Assembly (NCBI GenBank): GCA_963720755.1
Contig: CAVRGP010000011.1
Coordinates: 288,001 to 352,000 of the forward strand
Origin: an uncultured Chloroflexia bacterium
GTDB taxonomy: Bacteria > Chloroflexota > Limnocylindria > Limnocylindrales > CSP1-4
Direction of reading: 5' to 3'
Length of the DNA stretch: 64,000 nucleotides
The position numbers and the translations under genes are program-made. The notes under the pieces are model-generated. The model saw only the letters and a program-made list of their open reading frames with translations, searched no databases and was not told the DNA's origin. Positions 40,214-49,006 of the stretch are shown in pieces (the stretch's first letter is position 1; every line of letters begins with the position of its first letter).

Positions 40214-40726
40214 GTGGCTGGCACCCGCACCCGAGCGATCGAGATCCTCCAGCGGGCAGGCGTGGCCCACGAGGTCCACGCGTATGACCTCCCGGAGCAC
40301 CACGGTCGGGAGCGCGACCGGAGACCGCACTTCGGGGCCGATGCCGCGGCAGCGCTCGGCGTTCTCCCGGGACGAGTCCTCAAGACGCTGGCGGTCGAAG
40401 TGGATGGGCGCCTGGTCCTCGCGGTGATCCCGGTCGATCGCGATCTCGACCTGAAGGCAGTCGGCGTGCTCGCCGGCGGCCGACGCGCGACGATGGCCGC
40501 TCCCGCTGATGCGGAACGCGCCACCGGCTATGTCGTCGGCGGGATCAGTCCATTGGGCTGCCGACGGACGCTTCCGGTCGTGATCGACGAAGCCACCCTG
40601 GGGCACGAGTCGGTCTTCGTTTCGGCGGGCCGTCGTGGACTGCAGGTGCGGCTCGCACCGGACGATCTGGTGCGTCTGTGCAGCGCCAATACGGGTCCGC
40701 TGTCGAGGGACCATGGTCCGGGATGA
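40214..40726 (+). CDS. ybaK: Cys-tRNA(Pro) deacylase
   Basis: VLKTL, ATGYVVGGISPLG, VSAGRRG. Confidence 0.9.
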   Translation: MAGTRTRAIEILQRAGVAHEVHAYDLPEHHGRERDRRPHFGADAAAALGVLPGRVLKTLAVEVDGRLVLAVIPVDRDLDLKAVGVLAGGRRATMAAPADAERATGYVVGGISPLGCRRTLPVVIDEATLGHESVFVSAGRRGLQVRLAPDDLVRLCSANTGPLSRDHGPG

Positions 40727-40979
40727 CGCCTCAAGTGGGTCCTGCCATACTGAGCAGGCTCACACGCAACGCACCCCTTCAGAGGCCAACAGAAGACCGC
40801 CGCCCCCACGGCAGCATCCCTGTCACCTCGTCGCGCTCCCGAGCGCGACTGTCTCCCGGAACGTCCAGGTCGGGCCACGCCATGGCCCGGGCCTCGGCAC
40901 GAACCCGAGCCTGTCGTCGGAGGCCCATCACCGTCGTCGCGTGGCAGCGCGATGTTCCGGCGAACAGGAGGCATGAGTC

Positions 40980-41822
40980 TTGCCAGTCCCCAAGACCGGC
41001 GCCCAGCGGGCGTCTTCCAGCTGGATGATCCGAGTCATCGTCCTGGCCATGACGATGACCCTCGTCGGTGGCTATGCGGCATCGGATCCGACACCGGCAT
41101 CGGCCGCGAGCATGAAGGTCGTGGTGATCGTCGGGCCGGTCGGTTCGAGTACGAAGAAATACAAGAAGAGCGCCAAGCGATACGCCGCCCAGGCCCGCTC
41201 CTATGGCGCGAACGTGATCGAGGTCTACAGCCCGAACGCGAGCTGGAAGCGGGTCAGGGCCGCTGCTCAGGGCGCGAACATCCTCATCTACCTGGGCCAT
41301 GGCAACGGTTCGCCGAGCCCGTACGGCGCCTTCTCCAAGTACAACAAGGACGGGTTCGGTCTCAACCGGTCCGTCGGCCATGGCAATCGCAACACGCGGT
41401 ATTGGGGCGAGTACTACATCAAGAACGGTCTGCACCTCGCTCCGAATGCGGTCGTGATCCTCAATCGCCTGTGCTATGCCTCCGGCAATTCGGAGTGGGG
41501 TCGTCCGAACCCGACCAAGTCGGTGGCCAAGCAGCGGGTCGACAACTACGGGGCCGGATTCCTCCGCGCGGGGGCCGCTGTCGTCTTCGCCGAGGGGATC
41601 ACCTCGGCCTCGTACATCCTTGACGACCTGTTCACGTCGACCAAGACGATGGGCGAGATCTTCCGGGGTTCGCCCGATTGGGTCGGCGCGTACGACTTCA
41701 CCTTCAGCTCGAGTCGAACGCCCGGTCGGAGCGTCTGGATGGCGCCGTACGCGCCGCATCGCTACTACCGATCGGTGGTCGGCCATCTCGGGGTCGCCGC
41801 CACGGCGGTACGCGGCTCGTGA
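40980..41822 (+). CDS. Secreted basic protein, putative caspase/gingipain-fold (clan CD) cysteine peptidase
   Basis: AGGAGG then TTG; signal peptide; ILIYLGHGNG and VILNRLCYASG. Confidence 0.6.
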   Translation: MPVPKTGAQRASSSWMIRVIVLAMTMTLVGGYAASDPTPASAASMKVVVIVGPVGSSTKKYKKSAKRYAAQARSYGANVIEVYSPNASWKRVRAAAQGANILIYLGHGNGSPSPYGAFSKYNKDGFGLNRSVGHGNRNTRYWGEYYIKNGLHLAPNAVVILNRLCYASGNSEWGRPNPTKSVAKQRVDNYGAGFLRAGAAVVFAEGITSASYILDDLFTSTKTMGEIFRGSPDWVGAYDFTFSSSRTPGRSVWMAPYAPHRYYRSVVGHLGVAATAVRGS

Positions 41823-41871
41823 CCTAAGAGCTCGATCCGACTCGCCCGCCCTGCGCGGGCCATCGCTGCAC

Positions 41872-41914
41872 CCACGGACCCTGGCCGGGACGATCTCCCG
41901 ACCAGGGTCCGTGG
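41872..41914. terminator. Strong hairpin after the secreted peptidase gene
   Basis: CCACGGACCCTGG / CCAGGGTCCGTGG with inner CGGGA/TCCCG; no U-tract. Confidence 0.45.
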
Positions 41915-41976
41915 TCGTCTGGGAGATCGGGAGCCGACAGAAATAGCTCGACTATGTAACAAAGTGAACTTAGGAC

Positions 41977-42006
41977 TTGACAATCCGTAAGTCATATTGC
42001 TATAAC
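41977..42006 (+). promoter_or_regulatory. Near-consensus sigma70 promoter
   Basis: TTGACA-18 bp-TATAAC with an extended -10 TGn, in an AT-rich patch. Confidence 0.8.
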
Positions 42007-42045
42007 TCGTCCTGCAACCACTAAACAGTCGCAGGAGACAGTCAA

Positions 42046-42231
42046 ATGTTTGACCTTGGTCGGGCCGATATCCTGGCAACCGAGCGAGAGCGCCGCGTCG
42101 TCGAGACCGTGCGCCTCCGCCAGATCCTCAAGACGATCCCCGGTCGGGACGCCACGACGGAGTCCATCCCGGATCGAACACGGTTCGGGTCGGTCGGTCG
42201 GCCGACGCGTGTCGTCGCTGCCGAACGGTAG
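42046..42231 (+). CDS. 61-aa hypothetical protein, first in the operon
   Basis: AGGAG RBS; directly follows the promoter; stops 10 bp before the DUF2089 gene. Confidence 0.6.
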   Translation: MFDLGRADILATERERRVVETVRLRQILKTIPGRDATTESIPDRTRFGSVGRPTRVVAAER

Positions 42232-42241
42232 GGGTCCCGTC

Positions 42242-42661
42242 ATGCCACACGACGTCATCTCGACGTGCCCGGTCTGCTCGAACGAGCTGGCCGTGACTCG
42301 TCTTCACTGCCGGAGTTGCGGGACGACGCTCGAGGGCGACTTCAGCGTGGGCCGGTTCGGCCGGCTGTCACGAGACCAACTCGTCCTTCTCGAGAGTTTC
42401 CTGCGATCTCGCGGCAACCTGCGTGAGATGGAGCGAGAGCTCGGGATCAGCTATCCGACCGTGCGGGGCCGCGTCGAGGCGCTCGTCCGGGCTCTCGGGT
42501 TCGGGCCGCGAGCCGACGCCGACGATAGCGGTGATCCGACCTCGGGCGAGCCCGCGACGTACCAGACGAGAGAGCAGATCCTGGAGGCGGTGGCCCGCCA
42601 CGAACTCAGCGCCGATGACGCCGCGGCCGCGATCCGAGCCCTGGGCTCGACGAACCGATGA
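42242..42661 (+). CDS. DUF2089 family protein (Zn ribbon + HTH + SHOCT-like)
   Basis: CPVC..LHCRSC; RGNLREMERELGISYPTVR. Confidence 0.9.
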   Translation: MPHDVISTCPVCSNELAVTRLHCRSCGTTLEGDFSVGRFGRLSRDQLVLLESFLRSRGNLREMERELGISYPTVRGRVEALVRALGFGPRADADDSGDPTSGEPATYQTREQILEAVARHELSADDAAAAIRALGSTNR

Positions 42662-43710
42662 GCGCCACGACGACCGGCGATCTCGAGCACGCGATCGGAG
42701 CCGAAGGCATCTTCTCCGTCCGGCTCAGGAACGGCGATATCCACCTCCGCGCTGTCGACGGCGAGACCGTCCGAGTCCGGGGAGCGAACGGCCACGAACC
42801 GTTGGACCCATCGGCCGTCGCCCAGGGGCAGGGAAGCCTCGCGCTCGATCTTCGACGACGAGGTCGGTCGTCCCGTCTCGAAGTGGACGTCCCGCGCCGC
42901 GCTTCGGTCGTCGTCGAATCGGTGAGCGCCGAGGTCGACGTCGACGGCCTGACCGGTGACCAGCGGTACCAGACGACGTCGGGGGAGGTGACCCTCCGCG
43001 ACGTGAGCGGCCGGATCGCCATCGATGCGATCTCCGGAGACGTCGACATCCGGGCGACCGACGACGCGGCCTTCACCCTCCGGACCGTGTCCGGCGACAT
43101 CGAGCTTCGCGCCGCATCCATCACAGCCTTGTCGGCGACCACGACCAGCGGGGACATCGAGCTTGCCGGGCGCCTCGTCGGACCTGGCCCGTTCGGGATC
43201 GAAACGGTGAGTGGGGATGCCCTGTTCGCCGTCGCTGGCGATGTCCGGATCGAGACCGCGACCGTCTCCGGCGACCTCCGGTCGGAGGTCGACGGTGTCA
43301 GCGACGGCGGGCGTGGGCGTCGCTCACTGGCGATCGGCGGGGACGGTCCGCTGTTCACCTTCCGCTCGATGTCGGGCGACCTGCGCGTGGTGCCTGCGCG
43401 TCCGGTCGATGGTCCTTCGGCGAAGAGGACGCCGGCGCGGACGATCGCATCAGACCTTGACGATCGCCCCGTCGTTCCCGACGAGAGTCGTGGCGCCGAC
43501 AACGTCAGAGCCGCCGATCCCACCGGCGCCGCTGACCCGATCGATGCCGCCTCCTTCGATCCCCGGCTTGACGTCCTGCGGGCGTTGGAGCGCGGCGAGA
43601 TCGAGGTCGTCGAGGCCGCTCGTCGGTTCGCTGCGATCGACGGCGACGTCGGCGCCGATCCGAACGCAGACACGGTCCGCAGTGCGACGCAGGAGGCGTC
43701 CGATGCCTGA
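42658..43710 (+). CDS. DUF4097 beta-strand repeat protein with a C-terminal SHOCT-like motif
   Basis: Repeated TVSGD/TTSGD motifs; LDVLRALERGEIEVVEA. Confidence 0.88.
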   Translation: MSATTTGDLEHAIGAEGIFSVRLRNGDIHLRAVDGETVRVRGANGHEPLDPSAVAQGQGSLALDLRRRGRSSRLEVDVPRRASVVVESVSAEVDVDGLTGDQRYQTTSGEVTLRDVSGRIAIDAISGDVDIRATDDAAFTLRTVSGDIELRAASITALSATTTSGDIELAGRLVGPGPFGIETVSGDALFAVAGDVRIETATVSGDLRSEVDGVSDGGRGRRSLAIGGDGPLFTFRSMSGDLRVVPARPVDGPSAKRTPARTIASDLDDRPVVPDESRGADNVRAADPTGAADPIDAASFDPRLDVLRALERGEIEVVEAARRFAAIDGDVGADPNADTVRSATQEASDA

Positions 43711-44146
43711 CGACGCACTCGACCAGGTCTTGCGGATGGTCGCCGAGGGTCGACTCACCGCAGCCGAGGCCTTTCCGATCATCGAGGCGCTCGAGCGACG
43801 CCGGCAGCCGGATGAACGCGACGGATCGGCGGGTGAGGCGCCGGGCGAACGCGATGACGCGACGGCGCGTTTCGGCGATCGAGACGCACCCCGTGATCCA
43901 GGCGAGCACGCGTCGGTTACCGACGACGAGCCGGGGCGCCTGCTACGGGTCGTCGTGACCGAGGCCGGTCGGCCGGTCGTCAACCTCAACATCCCACTCT
44001 CTCTCGGGCGGGCCGCGATCGCTCGGTTGCCCGGCCTGTCGGGTCCCACTTCCGACCTCATCCGCCAGGCGATCGATGTCGGGCGAAAGGCGTCGATCGT
44101 CGACATCGACGATGGCGGAGATGGCGTCCGGATCTCCATCGAATGA
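43703..44146 (+). CDS. YvlB/LiaX-N (SHOCT-like) domain protein
   Basis: QVLRMVAEGRLTAAEA..IIEAL; LRVVVTE..VNLNIPL; IVDIDDGGDGVRISIE. Confidence 0.8.
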   Translation: MPDDALDQVLRMVAEGRLTAAEAFPIIEALERRRQPDERDGSAGEAPGERDDATARFGDRDAPRDPGEHASVTDDEPGRLLRVVVTEAGRPVVNLNIPLSLGRAAIARLPGLSGPTSDLIRQAIDVGRKASIVDIDDGGDGVRISIE

Positions 44147-45427
44147 CGGCTTCACAGCTGGATCCGGCACCGGCGGTCGGGGCTATCACCCGCGTGCCCC
44201 TTCTGGCTCCGCTGTCGATCCGCGATTTCCGTTTGGTCTGGTTCGGCGAGAGCATCTCGTACCTGGGCGATCAGTTCCAGATCGTGGCCCTGTCGTGGCT
44301 GGTCCTCGGACTGACCGGCTCAGGCTTTGCCCTCGGGATGATCCTCATCGCGGCCGCGATCCCGCGCGGGACGTTCCTGCTGCTGGGTGGCGCTCTGTCG
44401 GACCGCGTCGCGCCGCGCGATCTCGCTCTCGTCTCGAACATCCTTCGGGCGGTCGTCACCGTCATCGTGGCGGGTCTCGTCCTCGGCGGTCGGATCGAGA
44501 TCTGGCAGCTGGCCGGTGCGGGCATCGTGTTCGGGACCGTCGATGCCGTCTTCCTGCCGGCGATCAACACCCTCGTCCCGCGCCTTGTCCCGGTCGATCG
44601 ACTGGCGTCGGCCAACGCAGCCCTGCAGGGCATGATCCAACTGGTCGGGACGATCGGACCGGCCGTCGCCGGCCTTGCCATCGCCGTCATCGGGATCGGC
44701 GGAGCGATAGTGGTCGATGCGATCTCATTCGCGCTGGCGGCCTACGCGTTGTGGTTCGTGCGCGGCGGATCGCGTCCGGCTCTGCCCGAGTCGCCGGTCA
44801 CGGACGAGCTCCCGCGCGGGTCTCTGTGGGCGGCGATGTCGGACGGTGCACGCAGCATCCTGGGCGATCCGATCATCCGCGCCACGGTCATCCTGTTGAC
44901 TGCCGCCAACCTGGCATTCACCGGACCGGTCGTGGTCGGGATCCCCTGGCTCGTCCTGATCCGTGCCGGCGGGGATGCGGCAGCGCTGGGTTTGCTCATG
45001 GCGTCATTCGGGGCGGGCATGTTCGGGGGCGTCGTCCTGGCTGGATCCGTGCGGCGACCGCGTCGAATTCGGCACTCTGTGGCTCAGCCTGCTGCTGGCC
45101 ATGGGCATCGGACTGGGGGCCATCGGTCTCGCACCGTCGATCCCGGCGACAGCCGCCATCCTGATCGTGATCGGGCTGATGAACGGATATGTCAACGTCG
45201 TGTTCATCTCGTGGATCCAGGGCCGGACGGAACCGCATCTGCTCGGCCGGACGATGAGCCTCCTGATGCTCGGGTCGGTCGTCGCGGCGCCCTTGTCACT
45301 CGCTCTCGCGGCGATCCTGGTCGACCATCACGCGACCGCCATGTTCCTGGCTGCCGGTGCGCTCGTCGTCGGCGCAGCCCTCGTGGCCCTGACCAGTGGC
45401 CTGCCGGATCGGATGAACGGCGCCTGA
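44143..45427 (+). pseudogene. MFS transporter (DHA3/MefA-like) with a +1 frameshift near 45067 (pseudogene or sequencing error)
   Basis: RDFRLVWFGESISYLGDQF. The TM pattern continues in another frame (FGTLWLSLLL...WIQGRTEPHLLGR) after CGTCGA-A-TTC. Confidence 0.75.
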
Positions 45428-45453
45428 CCGTCGTTCCCGCGTACCATGAGCCG

Positions 45454-46020
45454 ATGACGAGTCCGGATAGTCTTCCGTTCACGGGCGATCCGGTCGCTGA
45501 CCACCTGCTGGCGGCTGATCCGTTCGCCCTGTTGATGGGCTTCGCCCTCGATCAGCAGGTGACCGTGCAGAAGGCATTCAGCGGTCCGCGTGACCTTCAG
45601 CAGCGGCTCGGCCACCTGGACGCCGCCCGCATCGCCGGGATGGACCCCGCCGATCTCGACGCGGTCTTCCGCGAGCGGCCGGCCATCCATCGCTTCCCCG
45701 GCGCGATGGCCGGAAAGATCCAGGCCCTGGCGGCCGTCATCGCCGCCGAGTATGGGAATGACGCCGCACGCGTGTGGGAGGAGGCAACCGACGGGCGGGA
45801 TCTCGAGGCGCGGCTGCTCGGACTGCCGGGGATCGGCGAGATGAAGGCCAAGTCGCTCATCGCCGTGCTCGGCAAGCAGTTCGGCGTCCGGCCACCCGGC
45901 TATGAGGGCGTTGCCCCGACCTGGCCCACGCTCGGTGACGTGGATTCGCCGGAGGCGCTCGCGACCTATCAGGCGGCCAAGCGGGCGAAGAAGGCCGCCG
46001 ACCGAGCTGCCAAAGGTTGA
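45454..46020 (+). CDS. HhH-GPD-type base-excision repair protein
   Basis: DPFALLMGFALDQQV, AFSGP, HRFPGAMA, LPGIGEMKAK. Confidence 0.88.
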   Translation: MTSPDSLPFTGDPVADHLLAADPFALLMGFALDQQVTVQKAFSGPRDLQQRLGHLDAARIAGMDPADLDAVFRERPAIHRFPGAMAGKIQALAAVIAAEYGNDAARVWEEATDGRDLEARLLGLPGIGEMKAKSLIAVLGKQFGVRPPGYEGVAPTWPTLGDVDSPEALATYQAAKRAKKAADRAAKG

Positions 46021-46089
46021 CCACCGGCCCCCTCACGCGAGCGCTCGACGGGCGGTCCCTGGGCGTCTGACCGACTAGACTGAGCCCCT

Positions 46090-46800
46090 GTGGCTGACCC
46101 GATCGATGGACCCGTCCCGCCAAAGCCTCGCCGCCGTCGCGCCACGAAATTCGTCCTGCCCGATCACCATCGCGACGCGGTGGTGGACGACCGCACGGCC
46201 GAGCTCATCGAGGCGTTCCTCGACGGCCCCGCCGCTCCGACCTCGACGGATCGGCAGACCACGGGCCGTTCTCGCGGCCGACGCCGTCGCGACACCCGGC
46301 AGCGTCGTCCGTTCGAACTCGACTCACCGGAGGATTGGGTGTTCGCGCTGCGGCACGAGGGTGCCCGAGCCGCGCGCTATGGTCGTACCACGTCCGTCCT
46401 GGTGGTCGAGCCGGGAAGCTCACAGCCATCCGGTGTGTCGGAGCTGGTCGCCCGGCAGGTGACGGCCGCCATCCGGGCGGAAGCCCGGGAGACAGACCGG
46501 GTGGTGCGCGTCGGCTCGGCGGGCTTCCGCCTGCTCCTGCCGGAGACCGAAGCCCGCGCCGCCCAGGTCCTTGCGGACCGTCTCTCCCGGGCGGTCAGTG
46601 ACACCAGCGATCCCGCGGTCCCGCCCGTCGACCTCCGGATCGACGTCCTGATGGTGCCGCCGTACGGATCCATCGAGGACTATCTTGCCGCGGCCGAGCG
46701 ACGCATCGCCAACGAGCGCCGACCCGGGTCTTTCGCCGATGGTGACGCTGCCCCGCGATCGGACGTGGAACTCCAGGGGACCGGGGCCGTCGGTCGCTAG
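46090..46800 (+). CDS. Degenerate GGDEF-domain protein
   Basis: E.ARAARYG..SVLVV, RETDRVVRVGSAGFRLLLPET. Confidence 0.7.
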   Translation: MADPIDGPVPPKPRRRRATKFVLPDHHRDAVVDDRTAELIEAFLDGPAAPTSTDRQTTGRSRGRRRRDTRQRRPFELDSPEDWVFALRHEGARAARYGRTTSVLVVEPGSSQPSGVSELVARQVTAAIRAEARETDRVVRVGSAGFRLLLPETEARAAQVLADRLSRAVSDTSDPAVPPVDLRIDVLMVPPYGSIEDYLAAAERRIANERRPGSFADGDAAPRSDVELQGTGAVGR

Positions 46801-46807
46801 CTCGGGG

Positions 46808-47200
46808 TCACGAAGCGACGAGCGTGGCCATCAGATGATCCAGTTCGTCGGCCGGATCCGCGCACAGGCCCGAATGGACCTCGGATGTCTGGATGACCGT
46901 GCTGGCCGGGGCGACCAGCCAGTGGAATCGTTCGGCCTGGCTGAGCCGGGCGATCGGCCCGGCGCTCGGATCCCCCGCGACGATCCTCTCGATCGCGTCG
47001 AGGTGCGGTCGGATCGACGCCGGGTCCAGACCAGGCGCGAGCGCGGCCAGGCGTCGCTCGTCCAGCGCGATCCGAGCGCCGAGGTAGGGGACTGCGCGGC
47101 ACAACAGGATGACCCCCGCGTTGAGGCACTCGCCGCGCTCGACCCTGGGGACGACCCGGATGATCGCGTACTGGAACGCGCTATGCGGCGCTTCGCGCAC
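46808..47200 (-). CDS. DUF3037 domain protein
   Basis: FQYAIIRVVPRVERGECLNAGV, RFHWLVAPASTVIQTS. Confidence 0.92.
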   Translation of the reverse strand: MREAPHSAFQYAIIRVVPRVERGECLNAGVILLCRAVPYLGARIALDERRLAALAPGLDPASIRPHLDAIERIVAGDPSAGPIARLSQAERFHWLVAPASTVIQTSEVHSGLCADPADELDHLMATLVAS

Positions 47201-47966
47201 GGTCCGCCTCCTCAACGAAGACTCGCGGCGGTTCGAGCCGGAGCCGCAGGTAGCGGACGTACGCCGCGCGCTGGGCTTGCGCATCCCCGACCACTGGATC
47301 GTGCGGGAGCCACGCCTCGGGCAGCTCGTCGACGAGCCCGGTCAACAGACCGCTGTCGATCCTGGACGCGAGCCGTTCGTCCGCCTCCCGGATCGGGTCG
47401 GCGTAGGGCAGCAGGACGTGATCGCGGATACGCTCGAACGGTCGTCGAGCGTGGTCGTCCGGGTCTCGCCAGGCGTGGTGGACATACAACGCCGCCCCGT
47501 GGTCGATGAGCCAAGGTCGGCCATGCCAGACGAGCAAGTTCGGATTCTGGGCGGTCCGGTCCGGGTTGGTGACCAGACCATCGAGCCACACGACCTCGGC
47601 GGCATAGGACGGGGCGATGACCTGGCTCGCGGTCGTGGCGGCCGGGTTGAACGTCAAGGCCCCGGGCAGGAAGTCCATACCGAGGTTGCGGCCGGCGCTC
47701 GCCCGCACGAGGTCGTGGATCTCCTCATCGGGCTCGGAATCGCCGAGCGCGGCATCGACGTCGACGGCCACGAGGTCCGGTACCTGCAGGCCGAGCGCGC
47801 GCGCCAGCTCACCCGCCAACCACTCGGCAACGAGCGCGCGCGGACCCTGCCCGGCACCGCGGAACTTCACCACGTAGAGGCCGTCGTCATCGGCTTCGAC
47901 GAGCCCCGGCAACGATCCGCCCTCACGAAGCGGGGTCACATATCGAGTTGCGATCACGGTTCGCAT
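47181..47966 (-). CDS. HipA-like kinase
   Basis: YVTPLREGGSLP, YVVKF, NPDRT..NPNLL, IDHG. Confidence 0.88.
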   Translation of the reverse strand: MRTVIATRYVTPLREGGSLPGLVEADDDGLYVVKFRGAGQGPRALVAEWLAGELARALGLQVPDLVAVDVDAALGDSEPDEEIHDLVRASAGRNLGMDFLPGALTFNPAATTASQVIAPSYAAEVVWLDGLVTNPDRTAQNPNLLVWHGRPWLIDHGAALYVHHAWRDPDDHARRPFERIRDHVLLPYADPIREADERLASRIDSGLLTGLVDELPEAWLPHDPVVGDAQAQRAAYVRYLRLRLEPPRVFVEEADRARSAA

Positions 47967-48067
47967 GTCGCACGAGAGCGTAGCGGAGTCTCGCCCGGCT
48001 GCGGGCGCTCGTGCAGTCGCGCACAGGTCCCACGAGGTCGGGGGTCTTCGGCGGCTAGGCTGTTCGG

Positions 48068-48997
48068 ATGACCGACTACGACCAACTCGCCCTCCTCAAC
48101 GAACTCGAGCCGGAGGCGGGACGACTGTACGACCGCCATGCCTCGGTCGCGCAGGAGTGGTTCCCCCACGACTTCATCCCGTACCGAGTGGGGCGCGACT
48201 TCGACAAGGACCCGTGGACACCGGATCAACCGCGGCTCACCGGGGTCGCCCAGACGGCCTTCGAGATCGGTCTCCTGACCGAAGACAACCTGCCCAGCTA
48301 TCACCGCCTCATCTACGGCATGTTCGGCGCCGGTGACGGAGCATGGATCAACTGGGTGGGTCGCTGGACGGCCGAAGAGGGCCGCCACGCGATCGTCCTC
48401 CGCGACTACCTGACCGTCACCCGGAACATCGACCCGGTCCTGCTCGAGCGTGGTCGGATGACCCAGCTCCAGCAGGGCTACGACCGCGACTCCCCGGACA
48501 CGCTCAGGGGTCTGGCATACGTCACGTTCCAGGAGCTGGCGACGCGGATCGCGCACCGGAATACGGGGCGCTACTCGAACGATCCGGTCGCCGACAAGAT
48601 CATGGTCAGGATCGCCGCTGACGAGAATCTGCACATGGTCTTCTACCGCGACATCCTGGCCGCGGCGCTGGTCCTGGAGCCATCGGCGGCCGTGTGCGCG
48701 ATCGTCGATGAGGTCCTCGCCTTCAAGATGCCGGGCGCTGCCATCCCGGGCTTCGTCCGCAAGGCGGCCCAGATCGCCAAGGCAGGCATCTACGACATCC
48801 GCGTTCATCGCGACGAGGTGCTGCTTCCGGTCCTCCGACACTGGCGGATCTTCGAGCTCTCCAACCTGGATGCGCGGGCGGAAGCGGCCCGGGCACGACT
48901 GGCAGACCACCTCGCCGCGCTGGAGGAGGCGGCCAAGCGGTTCGAGGAGCGGATCGCCGATTCGAACGTGCCCCGGATCTCCATCGCGGGCGGCTGA
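48068..48997 (+). CDS. Acyl-ACP desaturase (ferritin-like di-iron, DesA1-like)
   Basis: LLTEDNLPSYH, WTAEEGRH, FQELAT, DENLH. Confidence 0.93.
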   Translation: MTDYDQLALLNELEPEAGRLYDRHASVAQEWFPHDFIPYRVGRDFDKDPWTPDQPRLTGVAQTAFEIGLLTEDNLPSYHRLIYGMFGAGDGAWINWVGRWTAEEGRHAIVLRDYLTVTRNIDPVLLERGRMTQLQQGYDRDSPDTLRGLAYVTFQELATRIAHRNTGRYSNDPVADKIMVRIAADENLHMVFYRDILAAALVLEPSAAVCAIVDEVLAFKMPGAAIPGFVRKAAQIAKAGIYDIRVHRDEVLLPVLRHWRIFELSNLDARAEAARARLADHLAALEEAAKRFEERIADSNVPRISIAGG

Positions 48998-49006
48998 TCC
49001 CCCGCT

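Noticed and set aside
40727-40979. c-di-AMP (ydaO) riboswitch
   Set aside because: GAACCCGAGCC is only a partial resemblance; the 5' GCUGAAUC and GGGGAACC elements are missing.
41940-42050. AT-rich patch as foreign DNA
   Set aside because: About 100 bp long and fully explained by a promoter/operator; no mobility genes nearby.
44143-46020. Genuine 625-aa MFS-DNA glycosylase fusion
   Set aside because: Explained by a one-base insertion; the missing MFS helices are in the neighbouring frame.
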